This document shows positions 18,991-31,552 of a DNA stretch of 64,000 bases, one piece after another (the first letter of the stretch is position 1; each line of letters begins with the position of its first letter). A program made the translations under genes and the position numbers. Source of the stretch: Podarcis muralis (taxonomy: Eukaryota); contig NC_135670.1 in the NCBI RefSeq assembly GCF_964188315.1, positions 27,466,001-27,530,000 of the forward strand, in the 5' to 3' direction. Below the pieces are notes generated by a model. That model worked only from the letters and a program-made list of their open reading frames with translations. It made no database searches and was not told the DNA's origin.

Positions 18991-19742
18991 ATTCGAAAAC
19001 CGAGGTACCTCTGTATTTGCATTCATTCATTGCATGACAACCGGCCACCTTCTTCTACCTCAGCTGTAGCAAAACATGTCCCTCCTGTATCCTGTAGCCA
19101 CGGCAGACATTGCAACCTTGCAACAGTTTGACTTCACTCCCAAAGGTGCACCCCTCCATTGTTTCCCTGGACAGAGGGATGCCAACCAGTCATTGCTTAC
19201 TACAGTGGTACCTCAGGCTAAGTACTTAATTCGTTCCGGAGGTCCGTCTTTAACCTGAAATTGTTCTTCACCTGAAGCACCACTTTAGCTAATGGGGCCT
19301 CTTGCTGCTGCTGCGGCGCCGGAACACTATTTCTGTTCTCATCCTGAAGCAAAGTTCTTAACCTGAAGCACTATTTCTGGGTTAGCGGAGTCTGTAACCT
19401 GAAGCGTATGTAACCTGAGGTACGACTGAACAATATTTTTTTCTCAAAACAACATATACAGTTATAAAAAGCATACATTATTCAAAATTAAAAAGGTATC
19501 ATTAAATGCATTCCAGGGCCTCTGAATCTGGAACAGATGAGTAAAATCTGTCTGCCTCTGGTTGATCTCTTTTCTTCAACCAGATCTCCACACACCCTCT
19601 TTATCGCAGCATATGTTTGCAGTTGTTGACATGCTATAAATTACAACTTGGAGAGGCACTCCCACCATGGCGTCCTGCCGGAAATTCTATTCCAGTGTTT
19701 ACCTTCTAAAAAAAAAGGCTTCAGGCTGTTTTTGAAGGAAAC

Positions 19743-20081
19743 ATGGCTGCTGGAGGCACTCTCGGCCAGGAAGAAATGACTTGCCCCGTTTGCCACCAAC
19801 GTTTCTTGGAGCCAGTGATTACTGACTGTGGACACAGTTTCTGCCGTGCTTGCCTCATCCAGTATTGGAGCGACTCTGATGCAGCAGGTTCTTGCCCTCA
19901 GTGCGGAAAACCTTTTAAAGAAGGCAGCTACAGGTGGAACCACGAGCTAGCAAGGCATGCAGGGGGACCCACAAAATCTAAAGAAGGGGAAGATGCGAAA
20001 AGCAAGATGGGAAGGTGTGATAAGCCAGAGGAACTCCTGGAATCCTGTGAGGGTGGTGATCGAATGGTTCGAAAGAAAAAG
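19743..20081 (+). CDS. isolated TRIM-type RING (C3HC4) exon with degenerate B-box
   Basis: CPVC-x11-CGH-SF-CRAC...CPQC; ATG in good context (AACATGG); phase-0 donor AAG/GTAGGA at 20081. No dedicated downstream exons found. Confidence 0.65.
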
Positions 20082-21828
20082 GTAGGAAACTAGGGAGGGG
20101 AGGGGAGGGAAATGAATTTGGTTTGCTTACTTAAAAAAAAGTTCAATTGATTCACATGTATCTCTTCCATAAAATTTATGTATACAAACCAGAAAGCAGT
20201 TTACAAAAATAATAAAACAATAAAGTTATCGATAAAAGCAGTTAAACAGCATTTAAAACATTCAGAAAGTAATTAAAATCTGCAATAAGCTGAAAACAGA
20301 AGCATATGCCACCCTCTGCTTGCTCATAATTTACCTGCGATGGGCCCACGCTTTACCTTGGTCTTTTAGGAACACAGAGTGACACTGTACAAGGTTATAA
20401 ATGAGACTCTCCCCTACTGGTGGACTTGGGAAATGGTTGTCACCAAATCAACTAGGGTTGCTAGGTCAGGAGCATCTCAGATCCTGAAATTTCAAGGCCC
20501 AGACCTGAGACCTAAGGGAACCCCCTGTTGATGTCATGGGGGCAGGCCCTGGAGACGGAGGTTAATTGGGAGAAGGGATTGGAGGAGGACAGTCCCCTCA
20601 CTGAGCGTCTGTGCTATGATTTGCAACTGGCTCCTGTTGCGTTTGCAAAGTAAAGGAAGGATTGGACCCTGATTAAAAATCAAGACACGAGGCTTTGACC
20701 AGCAAGGCTCTCGGAGAAAAGTGCGTCCACCACACCCCTCACCAGGCCATTTTATTAGCAAAAGAATCTTTTGCACAGTGCTCGTAAGAACCAATCATAT
20801 TTCCTCTGAGCATTTCATTAAACCCCACATGGGGAAAAAGTTATACTACAACACTAATTAGCATGCATATATTTTGGGGTAAATATGTTGAGAACTACAA
20901 AGGGGTAGTAAATAAGTTGAGAACTACAAAGGGGTGCATCTGGGAACCCCAGAGCTGAGAAATAAACATGATAAGAAGGATGGCCAGAAAGACCAGATCA
21001 CTACCACCTTCATGTGAGATCTGTTTCCTGGCTCCAAGATTAACATTTTAAGATTATATATAAGAAACTACATCAAAGAACTTGCCCACAATCTTTATGG
21101 CCCAGGATGCCTGCCTGGCGAAGCAACTGCTGTGTACTGCTGCGTACGTGACGTGAGGAGAGAGAAATGGGCAGTAGAGTCAAAAGGGCATGAAAAGGGC
21201 ACGAATATAGAATCTTATAGGATTTAATCAGAAATTATCGTCAATAATCAAACCCAATCAACACAATATCTTCATCGTGGACACAATGGCTTGATGTATA
21301 TTTTATAATTCCTCATGGTAATCCCATCTGACCACTACAGGCTCCTACTGGGCTGAGGCTTGCAAGTTAGATGCACAAAATTCTTAATTACTATTAATAA
21401 TGCATAGTAGAGGAAATTGCATACGAAAGTATGAATATTGGGGGAAATGTGCTGTAAAATGCTGGTGAATTTTCATGAGCTGCTCCTTTTTATTTATTTA
21501 ATAAATTGGCAAAGTGGTTCAGAAATGTGACAAATTGAACATAAGTTTGGGGGGGGGGGGAGAAAAACACCAGAATGCACAGATTCATTCATCCCTAATG
21601 AAGGAAGGTGAGGACAGGTGACCCCACCTAGGCCCAAAGTCACCCCCCCCCCAAAGCAGGCTCAAAGCTTCTCAAAGCTTTTCAAAAGGCATTAGCTAAG
21701 CATCTGCTCATTTGCTCTGCTGTTGCAAGGCAAACCGTTACTTTTATCAGCACAAGAGAGCTTCAAAAAGGCTACACTACATCTAGATCACACAAATGAC
21801 ACCTTGGCCTACAAAGCCTCAGCAGTGG

Positions 21829-22090
21829 TGTTATGTACTGAAGTTCCCACCCTGGGCCAGCAGGGGGATACTGTAGATAGTTTTCACTCAGGTCCACATA
21901 TGCAGATAAGGGATTGAAAGTGACGTTCAGTGATTGGATAGTTACAGAAAATGGTTACTGTTGTGTTGTAGTGGAGATCTATATAAGCAGGCTGGCTGAA
22001 CCCTTCAGTTCAGTTCTGTCCTGGCCTGTGAATAAACAAGAGCTGTTTGAAGAATCACTGTCGTCTGATGTGTTCACCCACAACTTAACA
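21829..22090 (+). mobile_element. solo LTR (Gypsy/ERV-like)
   Basis: TGTTA...TAACA termini, TATATAA near 21979, AATAAA at 22031; flanks AGTGG/GGTGG. Confidence 0.7.
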
Positions 22091-22295
22091 GGTGGTATTG
22101 TATCTTTCTGGTCAATTACTCTGGTTGTGTAGAAGAACTCAGCTGTTACATTTCCATGTTGGGGGGGGGGGAGGAAATGAAGGAGTGGATGGAATTGTAC
22201 TTCTAAATCAATAACTTTACTAAGAAACATCTTATTTTTTTTATATTTGTAAGGGAACCATGATACCGAAAGGGACGTCCACACTGCTTGTAGTT

Positions 22296-25200
22296 ATGGA
22301 AGAAGACATTAAGTGCCCTATTTGCATAGACTACTTAACAGGCATTGTGACTCTAGATTGTGGCCATAACTTTTGTAAGGCCTGCATCAACCATCACTGC
22401 GATACATGGAAGGAAATAGGTCCACCGGAATGTCCTATCTGCCGAACCAAGATCCAGAAAGGGAGTTACCGGCCAAACTGGCTGCTGACCAGCATTGTAG
22501 AAAACTGCAAACGCTGCAAAGGAGCATTGTGTGACAGACACAAGGAAAAACTTCTACTGTTCTGCAAAGAAGACAGAGAATTGCTATGTTCCAAGTGTGA
22601 ACATTCGCCACAGCACAGCCAGCACTCAGTGGTTCTCCTGGAGCATATTGAACAGGTAGGAACTTGTCTAGATAAGCCCCAACCAACATTGTGTCCTCCA
22701 GATGTTATGCAATGCAGATCTCTGACCAAAAACAAAATAGGTTACAGAATGAGGGGGAAATGCAGTGCATTTATTGGTGAAAATAAAATGCAAAATTATG
22801 TTGTATTAGGGGGAAATGAGTTCCAAAAAATTTCCTGTATGGAGAGCAGTTCTGTCCATTCCACCCGCCAGTTTAGATATTTGTCCTTTAAATTTTTTTG
22901 CACTCCAGGTTCCATGGAAATCTTTGCCACTCTAATGGTGATAGGAAGGGGGCTGAATCCTGTGTTGTAGCCGTTATCCCCTGCCCAACCCCCATGGCTC
23001 AAGTTTGACAAGTGGGTAGGATCACCTGACATAATTAGGAGCTGCTAGACCCATACCAAAAGGGACGCAGGTGGCGCTGTGGGTTAAACCACAGAGCCTA
23101 GGACTTGCCGATCAGAAGGTCGGTGGTTCGAATCCCCGTGACAGGGTGAGCTCCCATTGCTCGGTCCCTGCTCCTGCCAACCTAGCAGTTCAAAAGCACG
23201 TCAAAGTGCAAGTAGATAAATAGGTACCGCTCCGGCGGGAAGGTCAACGGCGTTTCCGTGCGCTGTTCTGGTTCGCCAGAAGCGGCTTAGTCATGCTGGC
23301 CACATGACCCAGAAGCTGTACTCCTGCTCCCTCGGCCAATAAAGTGAGATGAGCGGGCAACCCCAGAGTCGGCCACGACTGGACCTAATGGTCAGGGGTC
23401 CCTTTACCTTTACTTAGACCCATACCTGAACCTCAGTTGACTCCTATCAAGTCTCTTCTCTCCAGACGTCTCCTTGAGAGGAGGATTTTACTCCTGAGGA
23501 GTCCTTACCAGTAACTGACCACTGATGGGAATGGGCTGGCTTTGTAGTGGGCACTGCCTTTCTCTAGGGCTCAGGACTCATTTGGCTTCAGTGTCAGAGG
23601 ACTAACCTTGGTTGTGAACAGCCCCTACTCAGTCTTGTCTGAGGACGCCAACTCCCTGTCCCCAGATGGAGCCTGATTCAGAACTTGGTGTAGGGCTCCC
23701 CCAGCTGGGACATAGCAAGGTGAGATTAACCCCCCGCCCTGCTTTTAGTCTGAAGTGGTACAGTCAAACCTCGGTTGTCGAATGTAATCCATTCCAGAAG
23801 ACCGTTCAACTTCCAAAATGTTTGACAACTGAGGTTCAAAGGGCTGTAGGCAAAGTCAACGGAGAAAAAATATAAAAACTCCCTGGAAGCCGTTCAGCTT
23901 CCGAAAATCATTTGAAAACCGGAGCAGTTACAGTGGTGCCCCGCAAGACGAATGCCTCACAAGACGAAAAACTCGCTAAACGAAAGGGTTTTCCGTTTTT
24001 TGAGTCGTTCTGCAAGACGAATTTCCCTATGGGCTTGCTTCGCAAGACGAAACGTCTTGCGAGTTCTTGCGAGTTTGTTTCCTTTTTCTTAAAGCCGCTA
24101 AGCCGTTAATAGCCGCTAAGCCGTTAATAGCCGCTAAGCCGTTAATAGCCGCTAAGCCGCTAATAGCCGTGCTTCGCAAGACGAAAAAACCGCAAGACGA
24201 AGAGACTCGCGGAACGGATTCATTTCGTCTTGCGAGGCACCACTGTACTTCTGGGTTTTCGGCATTCAGGAGCCGAAACATACGATAATGGAGGTGTTCG
24301 GGAACCGAGGTTTGACTGTACAAACCAATTTTTTAAAATTTTCCCCAAAAAAGAAATAAGAAATAAAATAAAAATGTACACCCCACTCCCAAGACCATTC
24401 CATTGTAACTATCCAACCTCCCAAAATTTGAACACCTCTTGCGATGGTTTGACCTTTTTCCGTTTTAACAGTAAATATTCTACAAATACCTTCCATAGCT
24501 CCTCAAAATCATCTCTCCTGCATATTCCCCGTTTTACCTGACAAGGTGAGATTCAAGACAAAGATATATACCACAAAAGCAATGAGGAACCTGCTGTGGC
24601 CCTTCTGTCACCAGATACTGATGTGGACTCCTCTTATACATAAAGTCCTAACTGCCTAACTGCCCTGAGGTTTACCAATAGGGATGCGGGTGGCGCTGTG
24701 GTCTAAACCACTGAGCCTCTTGGGCTTGCTGATCAGAAGGTTGGCAGTTTGAATCCCCACGATGGAGTGAGCTCCTGTTGCTCTGTCCCAGCTCCTGCCA
24801 ACCTAGCAGTTCGGAAGCACGCCAGTGCAAGTAGATAAATAGGTACCACTGTAGTGGGTAGGTAAATGGTGTTTCCGTGCTCTCTGGTTTCCGTCACAGT
24901 GTTCTCTTGTGCCAGAAGCAGTTTAGTCCTGCTGGCCACATGACCTGGAAAGCTGTCTGTGGACAAACGCCGGCTCCCTCGGCCTTTGACTGGACTTAAC
25001 TGTCCAGGGGTCCCTTACCTTTACCTTTAAACCTGCAGTTTACCACTGCCTGTTTACAGATTCCCTCCCACTTGAAAGCCATGACACGCTGGCAAGGGAG
25101 ACTTTGGGATGTGTCTCTTTTCAAGCATTTAATGTAACACAGAAGGGTTGTTAGAGGCCAAACTAAACAGGATGGACAAAGTACAGTTCCTGTATTATCA

Positions 25201-26059
25201 GCCATGTAAATAAAGTGATGTTAATGACAGACCTCCAACTGCTCGAGTTTACTTACAGAGAATCTGTCACAGATTGGTGAACCTTTGAGGATGCATTCAA
25301 TGATTCAGTTATTAGGCAGTGTCCCTGCTCAATTTTCCTTATAATATGCGACTGAAGTGTTCACATAACACTGCACAGGTTTTGTTGGAGGTGATCAATG
25401 TCATTTTATTATAAAACCAATAAAATATTCCACAAAAAAGGGACACATCCTAGGACAGGAGAAGGGTAGTGGAGGATATGTCCTGGGGCCAAATAGAGCT
25501 TCCCAGAGGGCTGCATTTGGCCCCTGGGCCTGCATGTCCCCACACTTGCCCCAGGACCTAGGGAATAAAGAAGAGAAGATCCCTCAAGACTGGTGAATCA
25601 TTCACTGCTTAGCTCATAATGTGGAGTTTAGGAGAATTCCCATGTTCCCTGGCCAGCAGAAGCGTCACACATCCAGGATTTTCATCTGAGCCAGAGAATA
25701 ATTTTGTGGTTCTACGTTTTCTTTCCTGAGCCTGAGAAGAAATTCACTGGTACAGTCATACCTTGGGTTGAATGTGCTTCAGGTTGAGCGCTTCCGGGTT
25801 GCACTCTGTGGCAATCCGGAAGTAATGGAGCACGCTGCTTCTGGGTTTTGCCGCTCGCGCATGCGCAGACACTCAAAATGATGTCACGCGCATGCATGGA
25901 AGTGGCAAAACGCGACCCACAGATGCGCTGTCGTGTCTTACGTTCTATTCAAACTCATTGTATGTTCTGTCCCTGTAGCTGAGACCTCATTTATCTTGTT
26001 CTCTCTTTCAGGGGATCAGAAGGAACTTGAACAGGTATGTAACTCTTTCTTGTCACATA

Positions 26060-26100
<41 letters not shown>

Positions 26101-29100
26101 CTGCAGAACAGATTCTATTTCACTGAAAACAACATGCTCTTACAAGTATGACAACAAATTCTGCTATGTACAATCAACATTGAAAGCAAGGGTGGGAAAT
26201 CTTTCTCTAATACCCTTTTAACCTTGACAACATTGATTTACCCTTACAACCTTTTACATGTAAAACATAAATTTGGAAATTGAGTAATGGGTCTGTGCCT
26301 TTGGACTCCTCTTACAATCTTGTAGTCAATTGTGCATGGTCTGAAGATCAAGAACAGGTTATTGTCTATGTCTGGATAGAACTGGAGTCCATTTTTAATC
26401 ACGACGTTGGACTGAATCTTTCAGCACTGCACTGATTTTGTGACTTCTTAGAATTCCTGAGCAGTACCAGGAAATCTCCCTCAAATGCAACCCCTGCTTT
26501 CTCCTCTGGTCAATTTCACTCTGAAGTGTGAAGCATGGGGAATGATATTGAGTTGGGGAACCTTTGGATTTCCAGATGTTCTTAGACTACAGCTGTCATC
26601 ATCTCTGACCCCTGGCAGGGCAACTGGGGCTAATAAGAGTTGGACAGAGCGATGGGTTGCTCATTCCTGGTCTAGAGGGTTCACTAGATTGAAATGTTCT
26701 TGGGAGAGAGACCTCCAGGCTCAAAATGTCAGACTGGGACTCTTATCTGTGAATGTATCTGCGGGAAATTGCAGTCAAGCATAACTAGCAAGCATAGGGC
26801 TAGTTAGTGCATGAAGGGGTTAAAACCACAGAGTTAGATTCCTACACTCAGCTAGGTCATGCTCCCTTTCCTCAGGAGAGGAAGGAAGTGAGACCTTCCC
26901 TCCCTCCCTCCCTAGCTCTCCATGCAATGTAACTGACCAAGGAGGATGTGCCTAAGCTTGTTCTCCAAGCTTAGAACACATGCTTGAAGCTACCGTATCT
27001 TTCGCTCTATAAGACGCACCTAGTTTTTAGAGGAGGAAAACAAGAAAAAAAAATATTCTGAATCAAATGTTGTTGAAGAAAGCAACGCAAAGCTTCAGCG
27101 TAAGCAACGCAAAGCCTCTTCAGCGCAATGGGAGGAACGCTCCCGCTGCCCTGAAGAGGCTTCACACGGGTATCCCAGAAGCCAGAACAACAAGAGGAAT
27201 CGCTGCGCAGCAATCCCTCTTGCTGTTCTGGCTTCAGTGATAGCTGCGCAGCCTGTATTTGCTCCATAAGACGCACACACATTTCCCCTTACTTTTTAGG
27301 AGGGAAAAGTGCATCTTACAGAGTGAAAAATACGGTATCTTGCTGTATTTTCTACACAGAACAACACATGTATCAGACTTTTGAATAGGTAAGTAAATAA
27401 TTTTAAACTTAGCAGTGTGTGGCGTGTTCAGTGAGGTCTGTTGCTTCAGCGGACTAAACAGAACTTTTAAACAGGATTAACAGTCTATTCCTATGCTGTA
27501 CTGCTGCACAAGTTGTGACTTGATTTTAAATTCTGCTGGGGCTTTCTGTGTGCTAGCCCTGTGTTTTGAATCTAGTCACCTAGTCAGTTCTTTTGTTGTT
27601 CACCCACACAAGTGAGTCCACAGGGATTCATATATTAATTCCCCCACAGCATCTTCTCTTCTTATGTTCTTACTACACATTTGTATGGGAGGGCAAGGGG
27701 ATTGTTGAGTACTGAAAGCTGTCCATCTTCCCTTCCAGGTCCAAAGATGAGGAGGAAGTGGGGCATGAGTTGGTTAATCACCCCAACAGTTGCTCACCGG
27801 AAAAAATTGCTCTGATCAAGATTACGGGAAAATGGGAAGGTATTGGGGGCAAACAGGGGAGCGGGAAAATACGTTGAACTCAGAGACTTGCTAGTGCTCA
27901 GGGGCATGGCAAGGGGTGTGTGTGGGGGGTGTGTGCGGTCCATCCTGGGTGTCATGCCTAGGGTGTGTGTGACAAAACCCGCCTCCCAGGTGGATTGGCA
28001 TGGTGGCGCTCGCACCCCCGGTGGGTGGATTTTCGTGATTGGCCAAGACCTCTGACCTGCATCAGAACGCCATCATTACAATAGGCACTCTAGACTCCCT
28101 TCTGTTATTAAGGCTAGCCAACTGATCAGTCAATTCCTGCAAAGGGGCTCCATCCAGTTGCTCCATTTGACACCCAGCTTCTAGCAAATGATGCCCAAAC
28201 TGATCCCTAATACCCAATCCATCTAGTCCTGTTCTCAACAGTAGTTGACATCTAGTCCTGTTCTCATTAGAAGCCTAGCTAGAGCATCTGCCTTGAATGC
28301 AAAAGGTTCCAGGTTCAATTCTCAGCATCTCTAGGTAGAGCTGGGGAAGAGACAACCCTGTTTGGAACTCCAGAGAACTGCTGAATAGACAAGACTGTGC
28401 TGTATGGACCAAGGTATAAGGCACCTTCCTCTGTTTCCATCCATGCACATCTCCTTCCAGGAGCGCCTTCCGGGGGTGTGGCCTGGGGAGGAGGCATGGC
28501 CTAGAGAGAACCTTGAGGACCAGTTCAAGAGGACCTTGGGTCTCAGTTCTGCACCTGTAAGATAGGTCTCTGATTAGATTGAGCTGGGCTTGTTTTTACG
28601 TTCCTCAAATCTCCACGTTCCTTCTTTCCCTCTGTCCTGCAGGAAGTATAATTCTGGATCCAAGCACAGCATATCCATACCTCATTGTGTCTGATGACCT
28701 GAAAAGCGTGAGATGGGGAGATGGAAAGCAGGACGTGCCCACGAGCCTTGAGAGGTTCCACTTTGATCCCTGTGTCCTGGGCTGCGAGAGATTTGTTTCA
28801 GGGAAACATTGGTGGGAGGTGGAGGTGGGGATGGAGGTTGAGGAGGAAGAGGCTGAGTGGGCTGTGGGGGTTGTACGAGAATCTTTCCAGAGGAATGCAA
28901 AGAGCAGCCTTAGTCCTTATTGTGGGATCTGGGCTGTGGGAAAGGAGAGGAATTCTGGCCATGGCTCATTGAGTGACTCTCTTCCCTCCTGTTGCCTCTG
29001 GGCTTTTACTTCTCCCAAGTGGACCATGTTGAGACTGGCACGTCTTCCCAGGAAGATCAAGGTGTCCCTGGATTATGAAAAGGCAGTTGTGGAGTTTTTC

Positions 29101-29211
29101 GATGCTGATTTGGACAAACCGATCTTCAAATTCTGTTCAGCCTTTTTTAACAGGGAGATGGTCATTCCCTATTTGCGGGTAGAACGTGGTGTCACCCTGA
29201 AATGCTCTTGA
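22296..29211 (+). CDS. TRIM39/TRIM27(RFP)-like E3 ligase: RING, B-box2, PRY/SPRY (B30.2); coiled-coil exons not found
   Basis: Exons 22296-22655 (RING CPIC...CGH..CKAC...CPIC; B-box CDRH...C...C..C...H..H), 26012-26034 (23 nt), 27739-27839 (101 nt), 28643-29211 (ILDPSTAYPYL...GKHWWEVEV...WAVGV). Phases 0/2/1 join in frame: 1053 nt, 350 aa. Terminal domains are certain; internal exons are a model. Confidence 0.75.
23062..23414 (+). mobile_element. Sauria/Squam1-type SINE
   Basis: TSD TAGACCCATACC. Confidence 0.92.
23761..24318. mobile_element. nested Tc1/mariner MITEs (inner 23931-24245)
   Basis: Outer TIR CAGTCAAACCTCGGTT, inner TIR CAGTGGTGCC, both with TA TSDs; inner element carries 4 x 18-bp tandem AGCCGCTAAGCCGTTAAT at 24093-24164. 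Confidence 0.87.
24681..25028 (+). mobile_element. Sauria/Squam1-type SINE
   Basis: Head and tail as above. Confidence 0.88.
26993..27335. mobile_element. Tc1/pogo-type MITE (related copy 62212-62903)
   Basis: TIR CCGTAT(C/T)TTTC..., TA TSD. Confidence 0.8.
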
Positions 29212-29977
29212 GGAGAAAGCCACATCTCTGCGGCAATGGGGCAAATGGTTCTCACGAATGACTACTGGTTCCTGAACATGCATTGCTGAATCTTTTATCT
29301 GCGGGCCAGGAGTTGGGATGTGTCTAGCCAAAGGCAAGGCGCTTCTTTTAAAATTCAGAAGCAATACAGAATACACAAGTGAGTGGGAAGATTAAAGGTT
29401 TTATTCCAAAACAGCAAGCGATGTATACATACCAAGCAAGGTCTTCAACCTGCCAATTGGAAGCCCTCCAAGTGTCGTCTGATATGTTCACCCACAACTT
29501 AACAGGAAGGAACAGGGGCAGGAAGGGCTCTGTGTCAGACCATTAACTGTTCGATACATTTTGTCTTCCGGATGAATTTCCCATACAGGATGTTGGAGGA
29601 ATCCATTGGAAAGGGACTATCAAATGGATTACCTTCGGTCTGCCTCTTTGACCTCTATCACAGCACAGTTTCTCTACCAAACACTTTTTTTTTTTAAAAA
29701 AGAACTCTAATGGTTAGAAAGCAGCTTCCTATGGCTACCCATGCCAGTCTCGCCGTGCATCTCATATATTTTTAATTTCATAAAATTTGTACACTGCTTG
29801 ATTGTGAAAAAACAACAACAGCCCAAAGTGTTTTGCAAAAGAACCTTCTGTGCCTGTCTTACTGCAGTTTGCAATAAACCTTTTCTATTTTCCACCTCAT
29901 CTGTCTGAAAAGTAGGTTGGAAGCTGCCCAGCGTAGCTGGGACAACCCAGTCAGATCAATGAGATACAAATGATAAA

Positions 29978-30021
<44 letters not shown>

Positions 30022-30287
30022 GGAACAGGACGTCCCTATTTCAATCAAATAATTGTTGTAGTTCATTGGTACAGCATCTGTTCTGCATGTAGAAGGCCCC
30101 AGGTTCACTTCCTAGCATTTTCATGTAGGCTCTGGAAGGACTCCCTGTCTGAAAAACTAGAAAACCACTACCACTGAGTATAGACCCCCCTGAGCTAGTT
30201 GGACCAGTGGTCTGACTCAGAATAAGGCAGCTTCTTATGTTTCTGGCTAGGAAGCAAACATTTGTATGCTCACAGCTTGAGGGACTC

Positions 30288-30295
30288 ATTTGCAT
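30288..30295 (+). promoter_or_regulatory. Ig promoter octamer of V2
   Basis: ATTTGCAT 130 bp before the ATG. Confidence 0.8.
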
Positions 30296-30417
30296 CCAGA
30301 CTTTGCCTCTGCTCCACCTCTGAAATTCTACCTCTTAAATGTGCTTAAAGATTTCTGTGGGGCTGGGAGCTGTACTAAGGTTGAAAAGGCTGGTTGCTCC
30401 GTAAATGCTGCTAGACC

Positions 30418-31552
30418 ATGGTTCTGCTAGCACCACCAGCTCTATGGTTTCTGGGTCTTTTCTTAGCAGGTACTGGCAATCTCCTGGAATCTACAGATTC
30501 AGTTCTGGACGCCTTGGCAGAGACTTAGGTCTTATTGCCTTGCCACATGGAGAATTACACACGGACAAGGACTGCAAACTGGATCTGCAGTTGGATAGGG
30601 GACAATCTCTGCAATCCCCTCCTTGCTACTCAGATGGAGACATTGGGCTGGAGCCAAACTTTTCCGTTGAAATCAGTGGAACTTAAGTTGAACTTATCCC
30701 ATTGATTTCTGCACTCTGCAGGAGAGGACCTCTGCAGATACCATCTTATCAGGAGGTCTGCTCCATGTAACATGGGAACAGGGCCTTTAGTGTGGTGGCA
30801 CCTGTCTTTGGAATCCCCTCTCATTAAATATCAGACAGGTGCCATTTTGGTGCCTGCAGAAGACCTCCCTCTTCTAACAGGGCTTTTGGGTGGAGATCTT
30901 TCCCAGTCCACATCTGTACTGGAATTATGTTAACATGTTTTATTGCTTGTGTGTTTGCCTGCCCTTTGATAGGGAGGGTGGGCTACAAATCAAACAGATT
31001 TCAGTGGGGCACATGTTCAGCTAACTTAACATGGATCCAGCCTCTGATGTTTGTAGAAAGCTGCATCTCTGTGGACAGCGACGTGACCCACCTCAGGGTT
31101 ATGGAATGAAACACTCAAAGTTCACAGGCTCACCCAAGGGGTCACCAGCATGCTGTGTACCTGCTGTTCTGCTTTAAAAATGACCTGCTGATGTCTCTGT
31201 GTTGTGTTTGTGTCTTCGAACCACAGGCAATGCAGAAGTGATGCTAAACCAGCCTAGCTCTATGCTGGCACCCCTAGGAAGTGTCACTCAGCTCCCCTGC
31301 ACCCTGTCCGGCGACAGCATCACAACCATCGCAAGCCACACCATCGTCTGGCTCCAGTGGAAGCATCAGGGCTCTCCCAAACGCATTTTGTATTACAAAG
31401 ATGAATCAAACCAACATAAAGGTTCAGGGGTCCCTGATCGCTTTTCTGCTTTCAAAGATGCCCAAAGCAGCACCTGCTACCTCGCTATCTCTGGGGTCCA
31501 GACGGAGGATGACGGCATCTATTACTGCCTGACATCGGCCGGGGGAGAATAC
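30418..31552 (+). CDS. IGLV segment V2, VPREB3-like, open reading frame
   Basis: Leader 30418-30469 (MVLLAPPALWFLGLFLAG); V exon from 31227 EVMLNQPSS...CTLS...W...LYYKDESNQHKGSGVPDRFSAFKDAQSSTCYL...YYC; long CDR2; 23-RSS follows. Confidence 0.88.

Noticed and set aside
24093-24164. CRISPR-like or coding repeat array
   Set aside because: Spacer-less 18-bp tandem inside a MITE in a vertebrate genome.
28461-28556. 96-nt candidate TRIM exon with good splice sites
   Set aside because: Open only in phase 0, while the flanking introns are phase 1 (gives TAG), and it is not coiled-coil-like. A 33-nt sub-exon 28507-28539 (ENLEDQFKRTLG) fits the phase but has weak splice sites, so it was left out of the model.
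28579-29211. Secreted vespryn/ohanin-type PRY/SPRY toxin with its own signal peptide
   Set aside because: The hydrophobic start of the ORF is the intron's pyrimidine tract; the exon begins at the acceptor at 28643 and joins upstream TRIM exons in frame.
30927-30977. Alternative leader for V2 (MFYCLCVCLPFDREG)
   Set aside because: Poor hydrophobic core, weak donor and no octamer; the 30418-30469 leader fits much better.
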